Shown: one piece after another, positions 1 to 8,981 of the stretch
How positions within the stretch are numbered: position 1 is the stretch's first letter
Layout: each line of letters opens with the position of its first letter
Assembly: GCF_000284455.1 (NCBI RefSeq)
Contig: NC_017039.1
Span: 2,640,001 to 2,672,000 of the forward strand
From: Synechocystis sp. PCC 6803 substr. PCC-P
Lineage (GTDB): Bacteria > Cyanobacteriota > Cyanobacteriia > Cyanobacteriales > Microcystaceae
DNA: 32,000 bases
Reading direction: 5' to 3'
Position numbers and translations under genes: made by a program
The notes under the pieces: model-generated
What the model was told of the DNA's origin: nothing
The model's input: the letters and a program-made list of their open reading frames with translations, nothing else
The model's database searches: none

Positions 1-972
1 GGTCAGATCCATAACACTTTCGCCACCGAAGACCGTGCCCACTTCCCCTTTGTTGAAGCTAATTTTGCCTAGGTTATAGGCTTCCTCGGGCAAGGGAATA
101 TAACCAACCTTGGTGGCAGTGGCAGAGGCGTTGGCCAGATAAAAATCGACAAATTCCCGTAGGGCAGGATTATCTTGGGCTTTGGTTGCGTTGACGTAGA
201 TAAATAAAGGGCGGGACAGGGGTTGATACTCAGATTTTTCCACCGTTTCTCGGGAAGGCAGCACTGGTCCTCTACCGTTATCGACCCCAATGGCTTTCAA
301 GTCAGCAATACGACCTTCGTAGTAGGCAAAGCCAAAATAGCCTAGGGAATAAAGGTCTTGGACAACTCCCTGCACCAAAATTTCATCGTCTTCACTTTTT
401 AGGGTATCGAGACGACTAGCTCCAGCTTGACCAACGATCGCCTCGGTGAAGTAATCAAAGGTGCCAGAATCCTCACCGGGGGAGTAGAGGTTAATAGGTT
501 GGTCGGGAAATTCGGGCCGGACTTGGTTCCAGCGGGTCAAGGTTTTTTCGGCGGCAGGTTCCCAAATGCGCTTTAGCTCTTCGACAGTCAAACTTTTCAG
601 CCAGTCATTTTTGGGATTGCTGACCACAGTAATGGCATCAAAGGCAATGGGCAATTCCACATACCGCACCTGGTTGTCATTACATAATTTCATTTCCTGC
701 TTGTTAATGGGGCGGGATGCGTCAGCAATGTCTGTTTTACCCTCGCAAAATAGCTTAAAACCGCCGCCAGTGCCAGAAAATTCCACATCAATGTCGACCC
801 CTTTCTTACCCCCAGAGAAATCTGCAACAATCGCCTCGGTAATGGGGTAAACCGTACTCGAACCATTAATGGCGATCGATTGACTGGTCTGGGATGGTGT
901 ACAGGCAGAAATTCCCAACAAGAGCAAAGCCATAGGGACAATGCCCCGGCTCAATCGACTTAAATCAAACAT
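1..972 (-). CDS. pstS: PstS/SphX-type periplasmic phosphate-binding lipoprotein (ABC transporter substrate-binding component). The 3' end runs off the window.
   Basis: Absent from the ORF track because it is open to the window edge. Reading the reverse complement from ATG at 972..970 gives MFDLSRLSRGIVPMALLLLGISACTPSQTSQSIAINGSSTVYPITEAIVADFSGGKKGVDIDVEFSGTGGGFKLFCEGKTDIADASRPI... There are 324 in-frame codons with no stop down to position 1. It has a lipobox-like LLGISAC and the GSSTVYP / SGTGGG / DIAxASRP motifs typical of PstS-family binders. A Pho-box array lies upstream. The symbol is family-level only. Confidence 0.85.
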   Translation of the reverse strand, partial: MFDLSRLSRGIVPMALLLLGISACTPSQTSQSIAINGSSTVYPITEAIVADFSGGKKGVDIDVEFSGTGGGFKLFCEGKTDIADASRPINKQEMKLCNDNQVRYVELPIAFDAITVVSNPKNDWLKSLTVEELKRIWEPAAEKTLTRWNQVRPEFPDQPINLYSPGEDSGTFDYFTEAIVGQAGASRLDTLKSEDDEILVQGVVQDLYSLGYFGFAYYEGRIADLKAIGVDNGRGPVLPSRETVEKSEYQPLSRPLFIYVNATKAQDNPALREFVDFYLANASATATKVGYIPLPEEAYNLGKISFNKGEVGTVFGGESVMDLT

Positions 973-1077
973 TTTTACTTCTCCGCCCCCAGGGTGGTCG
1001 ATTGTGATTAGCCGTTGACGGTAGCTTTAGGGCATCTATCAACATTTTTGTATATTAAAGTCGCCCCGGCTGGTTGA

Positions 1078-1107
1078 AGGTTAAGCCCTAGTAAAGGTTT
1101 GGTTAAA
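1078..1107 (-). promoter_or_regulatory. Candidate SphR (PhoB-type) Pho-box array of three 8-bp units in 11-bp phase, upstream of the PstS-like gene
   Basis: The minus strand from 1107 to 1078 reads TTTAACCA-aac-CTTTACTA-ggg-CTTAACCT. Units 1 and 3 match the cyanobacterial Pho-box unit PyTTAAPyPy(T/A) exactly, and unit 2 has one mismatch. Linkers are 3 bp. A TAATAT -10-like hexamer (minus strand, 1057..1052) lies 20 nt downstream of the last unit, and the ATG is at 972. Confidence 0.6.
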
Positions 1108-1229
1108 GGGCTGGAGAGGTTGATCGTGCCGTATTTTTCGTCCCTAACATTTGTAAACCAAGGGATATATTCTTCGAGCCGTAATTCCAGTCTTTCAGGA
1201 AAAATTAATGGGACGGGACTCCATGAACA

Positions 1230-2396
1230 ATGCCACAACGTCTGCCCAGGGGACTTTTTGCCCCGATTAACCTAGACTTGAGAAAAAAGCTGATTTTTGT
1301 GACTATGGCGACCTTTTCCTCCCTCGAAATTTTTAACCCCCATCTTTCGGCCATGGCTTTGGGGGCGGATTTCCATTGGCAGACCCAGGGAGAAAAGGGC
1401 CATCTGGCTTTGACTTTAATTCCCCAAGCTGACGGTCAATGGTTATCACTGTTGGGGGGAAAACTGCGCTTTTGGCTACGGGGCATTAGTTTAACAGTCC
1501 AGGCTGAAGGCGCGACCACTGACCATGGGCAAAAATTTTTTAATGTGGGGGAGATAGTTTTCCCGTCAGAAGCTGTTTCTCCCCAAACTGTAAATGTTGA
1601 ACTTGCCCTAACTGGACAATGGGCCCGACTCCAGGCAGAAGTTAAAGCAGAAGCTCGGCAGGTGGCGATCGCCGAAACCCAAGGCCTGTGGCCACCGGAT
1701 TTGAGTCCGAACCAATTGGCTATTGCCGATCGCCTGTTGGCTAAGTTTATAGCGGAAAATTACCTAACTCCGGCCCTTTGTTGGGGTCAATGGCTCCTGA
1801 GCAAATCAGTCGATGCCGATCCTCAAATTATCTGGCAACCTCTATACAATGTCGAAAATAATCGCACCGTAACGGAAGCAGACACCGGGAACCTTGGCGA
1901 TCGCCTGCAATTAATCATCAACTCCCCCCAGTTGGATTGCCTTACCCTGGGGAAGTTAGTCGGTTTGGACCCGCAACGGGATTTGGCGGGAGGCAAATTT
2001 GTGGGTGCTAACCTCAACAGCATTGACCTTAGTAATGGCCAACTAATGGACAGCAATTTCCGGGGAGCTATTCTGACCGACAGCGATTTGAGTAATACCG
2101 ATCTCCGCCGGTCCAATTTTCGGGGTGCAGACCTGAGTGGCGCTTACCTAGAAGGGGCTAATCTCAGCCAAGTTGATTTTCGTAAAAGTAGTTTAGCCCT
2201 AGCAACTTTAATCGGCACAGACCTACGGGAAGCGGATTTGCGGGGAGCCACTCTCCAAAACGTCAATTTCAGTGGCGCAAAGGTGGAAAATCTCAGTTTT
2301 GGTGACAATCCGGGGTTAGCTCCCAGTCAGGAAGCTTGGTTACTGGAAAATGGTGCCCAGTTAGCTTCCGAATCGGTGCAGGAAATGTTACGCTGA
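1230..2396 (+). CDS. Pentapeptide-repeat protein with a ~250-aa N-terminal domain of unknown function
   Basis: ORF track. The C-terminal ~100 aa are tandem A(D/N)LXX pentapeptides (ANLNSIDLSNGQLMDSNFRGAILTDSDLSNTDLRRSNFRGADLSGAYLEGANLSQVDF...). An alternative ATG start lies at 1305 (MATFSSLEIF...), and neither start has an obvious SD. Confidence 0.8.
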   Translation: MPQRLPRGLFAPINLDLRKKLIFVTMATFSSLEIFNPHLSAMALGADFHWQTQGEKGHLALTLIPQADGQWLSLLGGKLRFWLRGISLTVQAEGATTDHGQKFFNVGEIVFPSEAVSPQTVNVELALTGQWARLQAEVKAEARQVAIAETQGLWPPDLSPNQLAIADRLLAKFIAENYLTPALCWGQWLLSKSVDADPQIIWQPLYNVENNRTVTEADTGNLGDRLQLIINSPQLDCLTLGKLVGLDPQRDLAGGKFVGANLNSIDLSNGQLMDSNFRGAILTDSDLSNTDLRRSNFRGADLSGAYLEGANLSQVDFRKSSLALATLIGTDLREADLRGATLQNVNFSGAKVENLSFGDNPGLAPSQEAWLLENGAQLASESVQEMLR

Positions 2397-2449
2397 TAGC
2401 TGGTGTGAATTCTTTTCGCAAGATGAAAGGGTCAGCCCAAGTCTGTCCT

Positions 2450-2522
2450 GGACACGTAGCTCAGTGGATAGAGCATCAGGTTCCGGTCCTGAGGGTCGGG
2501 GGTTCGAATCCCTCCGTGTTCG
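2450..2522 (+). tRNA. trnR: tRNA-Arg (anticodon CCG), 73 nt, CCA not encoded
   Basis: Folded by hand. Acceptor GGACACG/CGTGTTC, D-arm GCTC-AGTGGATA-GAGC, anticodon arm TCAGG-TTCCGGT-CCTGA (T33, C34 C35 G36, G37), variable loop GGGTC, T-arm GGGGG-TTCGAAT-CCCTC, discriminator G. Confidence 0.9.
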
Positions 2523-2621
2523 TCTAGTTCCATTACCTTTCATAAACCTTTGTGTCCCCAAGCAGTGTGATATGATGGGGAGTGCTCAATTTTTAGACTA
2601 AAGAAATAAAGTTAAACCCCG

Positions 2622-2924
2622 ATGGCAAAAAAATCCATGATCGAGCGGGATAAGCGTCGTAGCCGCTTGGTAGCAAAGTATGCTGCTAAACGGGAAGCGC
2701 TCAAAGAAGAATTCCGTCAAGCTGAAACCCTAGAAGACAAATTAGCTGTTCACCAAAAATTGCAGGATTTACCCCGCAATAGCGCCCCCAACCGTCGCCG
2801 TAACCGCTGTCAGGTTACAGGTCGTCCCCGTTCCTACTACCGTGACTTTGGCCTTTGCCGCAATGTTTTACGGGAATGGGCCCACCAGGGTCTTTTGCCC
2901 GGTGTAACCAAGTCTAGCTGGTAA
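2622..2924 (+). CDS. rpsN: 30S ribosomal protein S14 (long form, no CxxC zinc knuckle pair)
   Basis: ORF track. [28 protein letters not shown]...[41 protein letters not shown] is a canonical S14 sequence. Confidence 0.95.
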   Translation: MAKKSMIERDKRRSRLVAKYAAKREALKEEFRQAETLEDKLAVHQKLQDLPRNSAPNRRRNRCQVTGRPRSYYRDFGLCRNVLREWAHQGLLPGVTKSSW

Positions 2925-3046
2925 TATTGCCCAGTTCTGGCTGTGGGTGATCGAGGCTTTGATTGCTTCCTGTAGGGAAACTCGAACCCCTAATCATAGT
3001 TGCTGGAGTCTGACCCACTAGCATTTGTAATTCAATCTGATCAATT

Positions 3047-3078
3047 TCCCCCAAAACCTAGGTTAATGGGGGATTTTT
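3047..3078 (+). terminator. Candidate intrinsic terminator between convergent rpsN and vipp1
   Basis: TCCCCC (3047..3052) pairs with GGGGGA (3068..3073) and is followed by TTTTT (3074..3078). The loop contains the palindrome AACCTAGGTT. It lies ~120 nt after the rpsN stop. Confidence 0.45.
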
Positions 3079-3097
3079 ACTGGCTGAGTTAAACCAA

Positions 3098-3901
3098 TTA
3101 CAGATTATTTAACCGACGACGTAGGTCGTCCAATTCCTGGTCAATCACCGCATCATCTTGACTGGCATTATTAGCTGGTACTGAGGAATCAACAGGAGCC
3201 GCTTCGAGTTGGGGCGTAGCGGCAGAGGTTCCCGGTAATGCTCCACCGGCCATGGAAGCTTTCAGGGCGGCCAACTCGTCTTCTACCCCACTGCTGGCTT
3301 CCAACTGGGCAAACTGGTTCTCGATGCCAAAGCCGGCTAACTCCCCTGCCGCTTGGGAAGTGGCTTCCATATCCAGTACCTTGTTCTCCATCCGTTCAAA
3401 AGCACTAGTAGCACTGCTAGTACCTAAGCCCCCGAGGGTTTGCTGCAGTTCAGCATTAGCCTTGGCCGCTTTGGCCCTGGCCTGCAACATATTTTTCTTG
3501 GTTTTAGCTTCGGAAATTTTTGCTTCTAGAGCCGCGAGGTTGCGACGGAGATTCTCCGACATGGTCCTCTGTTGGGCTAGCTGGGTTTGGTACGCCGCCG
3601 CCGTATCTGTCAGACTTTTTTTGCGGGCCAGGGCTTCCCTAGCCAAATTTTCTTCCCCATTGGTGAGGGCTAATTTTGCCCGGTCTTCCCATTTCTTGGC
3701 TTCCTGGGTGTCTTGGTTAAGACGTTGCTCTGTTCGTTTTTCTTCGGCGATCGTGCGGGCAACGGCCTGGCGGAGTTGCACCAGGTCTTCCTGCATATCG
3801 ATCACGGCCTGTTCCAGAACTTTTTCTGGATCTTCAGCTTTACTGACGAGGTCGTTGAGGTTAGCCCGGACGACGCGGCCTAAACGGTCAAATAATCCCA
3901 T
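3098..3901 (-). CDS. vipp1: Vipp1/IM30 (PspA-family, thylakoid membrane biogenesis and maintenance)
   Basis: ORF track. MGLFDRLGRVVRANLNDLVSKAEDPEKVLEQAVIDMQEDL... is the PspA/IM30 N-terminus. The 267-aa coiled-coil protein carries the C-terminal extension that distinguishes Vipp1 from PspA. Confidence 0.95.
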   Translation of the reverse strand: MGLFDRLGRVVRANLNDLVSKAEDPEKVLEQAVIDMQEDLVQLRQAVARTIAEEKRTEQRLNQDTQEAKKWEDRAKLALTNGEENLAREALARKKSLTDTAAAYQTQLAQQRTMSENLRRNLAALEAKISEAKTKKNMLQARAKAAKANAELQQTLGGLGTSSATSAFERMENKVLDMEATSQAAGELAGFGIENQFAQLEASSGVEDELAALKASMAGGALPGTSAATPQLEAAPVDSSVPANNASQDDAVIDQELDDLRRRLNNL

Positions 3902-4127
3902 GTCTTACTTATCCTCTCAAAATCGCTGGGGGTTAACGAATGGGGGTCTGTACAGAAGTCCGCATAAGGGGGACTAAGGAGTTGGCCCTATGTTGATCCA
4001 GTGTAAACCAAGCCCGCAGACACTAGACAGCCTTGGAGTTGGTTTTAGTGGCTTTCGCCATGGTGCCCTACCCTAGAATGGAAACACAGGTAGTCCAATC
4101 GAGATTTGATTGTGGAGGCATAGCGTT

Positions 4128-4349
4128 ATGGCAAGTCTATTTAAAATTTTGCGCTCCCTTGCCATTCCAGCGGTGATTGCTGGTCTGGCTTTTATCAGCA
4201 TCGGTGATATGTTTTTGCCCGATCCCTGGGCTAGTTATAGCAAAAACACCAGGGAACAAATTAATCAAAAATTATTGGGGATGGCTCCAAAGCCAAATAT
4301 TAAAAAGCCCAGTGAAATGAGGGAAAAACAACTTGAACAGTTAAAGTAG
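4128..4349 (+). CDS. Small hypothetical membrane protein (73 aa from ATG 4128)
   Basis: The ORF track entry 4110..4349 starts at TTG. The internal ATG at 4128 is preceded by GGAGG (4114..4118) at 9-nt spacing. One N-terminal hydrophobic helix (SLAIPAVIAGLAFISIG) and a Lys-rich tail. Confidence 0.5.
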   Translation: MASLFKILRSLAIPAVIAGLAFISIGDMFLPDPWASYSKNTREQINQKLLGMAPKPNIKKPSEMREKQLEQLK

Positions 4350-4449
4350 TTGGGCTTGGGCTTAATTGCTATTCCTAGTCTGCTGACAAGATTTTGCCCT
4401 ACCCGCCGAATCCTTTCGTTATCCTTCCCTACCCGTAACCTATTTTTCC

Positions 4450-5109
4450 ATGGCGATCGCCAAATTACCCCGTCAAATTCTGCCCAACCTGTATCGTTTT
4501 GCACCCAATCGGGACACCCTGGGGGGAACAGCCTATTTATTAATCACTGGGGAGGGCAATGTGTTGATCGATTGTCCGGCTTGGCATGAAGACAATGAAG
4601 CATGGTTGGGGGAACAAGGCCCGGTGCGTTGGCTATGTCTGACCCATCGAGATGGCCATGGCCCCAAAGTGAAAACAATCCAGGAAAAGTTAAGCTGTCA
4701 GGTGGTGGTACAGGAACAGGAGGCTTACCTTTTGCCCGGGGCAAGGATATGTCGTTTTCGGGAACAATTGGCGATGGCCCCGTTCCTCACGGCCATCTGG
4801 ACTCCTGGTTATTCTCCCGGTGCTAGTTGCTATTACTGGGGAGAGAACGGCGGTATTCTTTTCACCGGCCGTCATTTACTGCCCGATGGGGAAGGTAATC
4901 TAAGGGCCATTAAGCAGGCTAAAACATTCCACTGGCCCCGTCAGCAAGCCAGTGTGGAAAAAATTCATCGCTATTTGGATGAAAAAAATCTGCCCCTCAG
5001 AGCGGTTTGCCCAGGGGGAAATGTGGGTTATTTGCGGGGAGAAGATTGGTGCTTAAATCCGAGGGAATCACTGGAGTCAATGCTCAGGGAGTTTCAGGCA
5101 AAAGTCTAA
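4450..5109 (+). CDS. Metallo-beta-lactamase-fold protein (hydrolase superfamily, specific function unknown)
   Basis: ORF track. NVLIDCPAW...LCLTHRDGHG resembles a degenerate HxHxDH MBL motif, and the size fits. The ATG overlaps a HIP1 site. Confidence 0.6.
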   Translation: MAIAKLPRQILPNLYRFAPNRDTLGGTAYLLITGEGNVLIDCPAWHEDNEAWLGEQGPVRWLCLTHRDGHGPKVKTIQEKLSCQVVVQEQEAYLLPGARICRFREQLAMAPFLTAIWTPGYSPGASCYYWGENGGILFTGRHLLPDGEGNLRAIKQAKTFHWPRQQASVEKIHRYLDEKNLPLRAVCPGGNVGYLRGEDWCLNPRESLESMLREFQAKV

Positions 5110-5212
5110 CGGCAGTTAAGACCATGTAAGCCCCCAATCAAACTGGGGAGGTGGCATTTGCCTAAATCCAAATCTCCCCTTCCGCACAAAACTTGACTGA
5201 CTAGGACTAGGG

Positions 5213-8011
5213 TTAAACGGCCTGGGGTTGTTGCTGGGGCTGGAACTGGAAGAGAGAATAAACCACGTTGCGGCGGATATCGATCATCATTTCCAGGAAC
5301 ATTTCATAACCTTCTTGCTTATATTCAATCAAGGGATCTTTTTGTCCATAGCCCCGTAAACCGATGGATTCCCGGAGAGCTTCCATGGACTGGAGATGCT
5401 CCCGCCAGAGATTGTCGATCTGTTGGAGGATAAAATACCGTTCCGCCTCCCGCATTAGTCCTGGACGCACCTTATCTACCTGGGTTTCTTTCAGATCATA
5501 GGCTTTGCGGACTTCTTCGTGGAAGAAGGTTTTCATTTCCCACACGGTCATATCCCCCAAATCTTCCACCGTTAGGTCTTCGAGTAAATAAACGAACTGC
5601 TTAGCCTTGTCGAGCATATTTTCCACGTCCCATTCCTCCGGGGGCAATTCCGGGTTGACGTATGCATCGACAATTTCATCCATGGTTTTTTCGGCATAAA
5701 CTAGCACCTGCTCTTTTAAATCCAAACCTTCCAGCACCCGCCGCCGCTCTGCATAGATAGCTTTCCGCTGATTATTCATCACCTCGTCATACTCAAACAC
5801 CTGCTTACGGATGTCGTAGTAATAGGTTTCCACCTTCTTCTGGGCCCCTTCTAGGGAACCGGTGAGCATTTTGGATTCAATAGGCATATCTTCTTCCACC
5901 CGGAACATATTCATTAGTCCCGCCACCCGATCGCCGCCGAAGATGCGGAGTAAGTTATCCTCCAAGCTGAGGAAAAAGCGTGTGGAGCCCGGGTCCCCTT
6001 GGCGACCAGCCCGCCCCCGCAATTGGTTATCTACCCGACGGGATTCATGGCGTTCCGTGCCAATGACGTGCAGTCCCCCCAACTCTACCACTTCTTTATG
6101 TTCCGCTGAGGTTAGAACTTCGTATTCCCTGCGAATTTGGTTATACACCTCCCGCAGTTTGAGAATCACAGGATCATCGGTGGGGCCCTTCTCCGAGGCG
6201 ATCGCCAATTTGTCTTCTGCTTCCAGTTCTGTTAAACTTTGCAGACCGTACTGATCCACTGCAAATTTAACAGCTTTTTTGAGTAAGTCTTCCGTTTCCT
6301 GGCTAATGGTAGTGGGGTAAATGTCCGGCGATACTTGCCAGGTTTTCACCTTTTTTTTGCCATTTTGATTGCCAAACCCCTGGGGTTTTTCTCGGCCACT
6401 GACCCAACCTGTTACCCCAGCCCCCAGTTCGTCATCTTCCGGGCGGACAATTTTCGGCATTAAATATTCCCGCACTTTCAGGCGAGCCATATAGTCCGAG
6501 TTCCCCCCCAAAATAATGTCCGTACCCCGACCAGCCATGTTGGTAGCAATGGTTACCGCCCCTTTGCGTCCTGCCTGGGCCACAATTTCCGATTCCCTTT
6601 CTACATTCTCCGGCCGAGCATTGAGCAAGTTATGGTGAATGCCGCTGGACTGCAACAGTCGGGAAATAACTTCTGATTTTTCCACGCTAGTAGTACCCAC
6701 CAGGATGGGACGACCCTGTTGGTGCAATTCTTCGCATTCCAATGCTACCGCTTTCCACTTTGCTTCTTCGTTTTTATAGACCACATCGGGCCAATCCTGA
6801 CGGCTAGAAGGACGGTTAGTAGGGGTAATGGTTACCTGGAGGTTATAAACCTTTTCCAATTCCGTTTCTTCCGTTTTGGCTGTCCCCGTCATGCCGGAAA
6901 GTTTGGGGTAAAGCAGAAAGAAATTTTGGTAAGTAATAGTGGCCAAAGTTTGACTTTCCTTTTGGATTTCCACCCGCTCCTTAGCTTCGATCGCCTGGTG
7001 CAAACCGTCACTCCAACGGCGACCGACCATAATCCGACCGGTGAATTCATCCACAATCACGACTTCCCCATTACGAACAATGTAATTCACATCTTTGAGG
7101 AATAATTCCTTCGCTTTGATGGCATTGAAAATGTAGTGGGCCCAGGGATCATTCTTGTCGAATAAATCCGTGGTTTGTAACAATTGTTCCGCCTTCTCAA
7201 AGCCTTCATCGGTCATGAGCACGTTACGCTGTTTTTCATCCACTTCATAATGAATCTCCGGCTCCAACTGGGCGGCAATGTCCGACGCTTGCAAATATTT
7301 CTCTGTGGGGCGCTCCACTTGACCAGAAATGATCAAAGGAGTACGGGCTTCATCAATTAAAATCGAGTCAACTTCGTCAATGATGCAAAAATTAAAGGGG
7401 CGCTGTACCACTTCAATCATGGCGGTGGACATGTTGTCCCGTAAATAGTCAAACCCTAGTTCGCTGTTGGTGGTGTAGGTAATATCGCAGGCGTAATTCT
7501 TTTTCCTTTCCTCAGGATTCATGCCGGACTGTACTAGACCCACCGTTAAGCCCAAAAAGCGATGGATTTGCCCCATCCATTCCGCATCCCGCCGGGCCAG
7601 GTAATCGTTCACCGTCACCACATGGACCCCTTTGCCCGTTAAACCGTTCAGATAGGAAGGTAGAGTGGCCACCAGGGTTTTTCCTTCCCCAGTTTTCATT
7701 TCCGCAATTTGCCCTTTGTGGAGAATAATGCCCCCCAACAGTTGCACGTCAAAGTGACGCATACCCAACACCCGTTTCCCCGCTTCCCGCACCACGGCAA
7801 AGGCTTCTGGCAAAATTTCGTCTAGGATTTCTTCTGTTTCCGCATCGCTGCGGGCCTTATCCAACGCTTCCCGAAATTCGACGGTTTTATACTTCAACTC
7901 ATCGTCAGACAGCTTTTCAATGTCCTCTTCGTAGAGGTTGACCTCCGCCACGTAGGGTTGAAACTTTTTCAGTTTGCGGGTATTGGGATCACCAAAGAGG
8001 GCTTTTAACAT
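5213..8011 (-). CDS. secA: Preprotein translocase ATPase SecA
   Basis: ORF track, 932 aa. Walker [41 protein letters not shown], and the C-terminal helical scaffold. Confidence 0.97.
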   Translation of the reverse strand: MLKALFGDPNTRKLKKFQPYVAEVNLYEEDIEKLSDDELKYKTVEFREALDKARSDAETEEILDEILPEAFAVVREAGKRVLGMRHFDVQLLGGIILHKGQIAEMKTGEGKTLVATLPSYLNGLTGKGVHVVTVNDYLARRDAEWMGQIHRFLGLTVGLVQSGMNPEERKKNYACDITYTTNSELGFDYLRDNMSTAMIEVVQRPFNFCIIDEVDSILIDEARTPLIISGQVERPTEKYLQASDIAAQLEPEIHYEVDEKQRNVLMTDEGFEKAEQLLQTTDLFDKNDPWAHYIFNAIKAKELFLKDVNYIVRNGEVVIVDEFTGRIMVGRRWSDGLHQAIEAKERVEIQKESQTLATITYQNFFLLYPKLSGMTGTAKTEETELEKVYNLQVTITPTNRPSSRQDWPDVVYKNEEAKWKAVALECEELHQQGRPILVGTTSVEKSEVISRLLQSSGIHHNLLNARPENVERESEIVAQAGRKGAVTIATNMAGRGTDIILGGNSDYMARLKVREYLMPKIVRPEDDELGAGVTGWVSGREKPQGFGNQNGKKKVKTWQVSPDIYPTTISQETEDLLKKAVKFAVDQYGLQSLTELEAEDKLAIASEKGPTDDPVILKLREVYNQIRREYEVLTSAEHKEVVELGGLHVIGTERHESRRVDNQLRGRAGRQGDPGSTRFFLSLEDNLLRIFGGDRVAGLMNMFRVEEDMPIESKMLTGSLEGAQKKVETYYYDIRKQVFEYDEVMNNQRKAIYAERRRVLEGLDLKEQVLVYAEKTMDEIVDAYVNPELPPEEWDVENMLDKAKQFVYLLEDLTVEDLGDMTVWEMKTFFHEEVRKAYDLKETQVDKVRPGLMREAERYFILQQIDNLWREHLQSMEALRESIGLRGYGQKDPLIEYKQEGYEMFLEMMIDIRRNVVYSLFQFQPQQQPQAV

Positions 8012-8203
8012 GGGACTTGGGATAGGGAACCGATGGGCAGTCTAACTGGGGAATTTAACGGTCAGGCGATCACCATTCTCTGGCTTTTTTGGGCACAGGA
8101 GTTAGCAATCCTTCAACGACTTATCTTAACATTCCGTATCGTTCCGGTCGGTAGGGGAATTCAATCCCGTCAGTGACTAGTGGTTGATCTGCAAATCCGA
8201 GTC

Positions 8204-8824
8204 CTATGCAATCTTGGTCCACCAGGAAACCACAGCAAATAGATAGAATAAAAGCCCACCAATCAACGTCACTGTTTTCTCAGAAATACGCCCTGCCACA
8301 AATTTTCCTCCCATCACCGCAATCACCGCACAGATGGTATGGCCAAGAATGGCACCCGCCGACACTCCCCAGGCATTATTAGACGCTGCTAAAGCAATGG
8401 TTGCAATCTGGGTGCGATCGCCCCATTCCGCCACAAAGGTGAGGGCAAAGCTTTCCACCACAATGCCCCATCCCCGGGGCACAATTTTTAACTTTTTCTC
8501 GCCGGAGGCAATGGCTTTTTCTGCATCTTCCATTTCCTCCAGATTTGCCGTGGCTTTTATCCGCCGAGCGTCCCACAATAGTTTTGTGCCAAAAATCAAG
8601 AAAAGAGCTACCTCGGCATAGTTGATGTATCTAGTGGGCAAAAAGGTGAAAATTTGTCCCATTAATACTGACAAAATAGTCATTGCCGCCAATCCTCCCA
8701 CTACTCCGACTAACACCCAACGGCGGGGATAGCGCATAGCTAAAATCATGGCAATAAAAAAAGTTTTATCCCCTAATTCCGAAACAGTTATCAACAATAA
8801 TCCGGCAGTAAAAGCGGTCAGCAT
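8204..8824 (-). CDS. mnx: UPF0016/GDT1 (TMEM165/PAM71) family cation transporter, probably the Mn exporter Mnx/SynPAM71
   Basis: ORF track, 206 aa. Two copies of the family signature E-x-G-D-(K/R)-(T/S): ELGDKTF and EWGDRTQ. About 6 TM segments. The Mnx assignment rests on my recollection that sll0615 lies next to secA (sll0616). Confidence 0.85.
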   Translation of the reverse strand: MLTAFTAGLLLITVSELGDKTFFIAMILAMRYPRRWVLVGVVGGLAAMTILSVLMGQIFTFLPTRYINYAEVALFLIFGTKLLWDARRIKATANLEEMEDAEKAIASGEKKLKIVPRGWGIVVESFALTFVAEWGDRTQIATIALAASNNAWGVSAGAILGHTICAVIAVMGGKFVAGRISEKTVTLIGGLLFYLFAVVSWWTKIA

Positions 8825-8937
8825 AGATCAGCCAGGAACAGAGCAACGCAGTAAACACCTGCCCAATTTATCATGATCTAGGTTATTTCTCTTTAAATAA
8901 ACTCAATTTTTTTCATCAACTGTTTAGCCCACATTAA

Positions 8938-8981
8938 TTCATATTTTATTCATTTTATCTTCATTTTTATTTCATTGTTTT
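8938..8981. repeat. Four tandem 11-bp direct repeats (TTCATnTTTnn) inside an AT-rich island upstream of mnx
   Basis: TTCAT begins at 8938, 8949, 8960 and 8971, an exact 11-bp phase. The units are ttcatatttta / ttcattttatc / ttcatttttat / ttcattgtttt. Surrounding G+C is ~21% by my hand count over 8881..9060. Confidence 0.7.

Noticed and set aside
2336-2527. A 63-aa ORF overlapping the tRNA-Arg gene
   Set aside because: It reads straight through a well-folded tRNA, so it is spurious.
2973-2993. tRNA T-arm-like string (minus strand GGGGTTCGAGTTTCCCT) between rpsN and vipp1
   Set aside because: The putative T-stem pairs poorly, and no matching acceptor, D or anticodon arms can be built from the flanks. 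It is at most a degraded fragment, or chance.
3252-3977. A 241-aa ORF on the + strand, fully antisense to vipp1
   Set aside because: It has a low-complexity Ala/Ser/Arg/Leu-rich product with no motifs. Stop-free antisense frames are expected opposite coiled-coil genes rich in GAA/GCN/CTG codons. The vipp1 reading is unambiguous.
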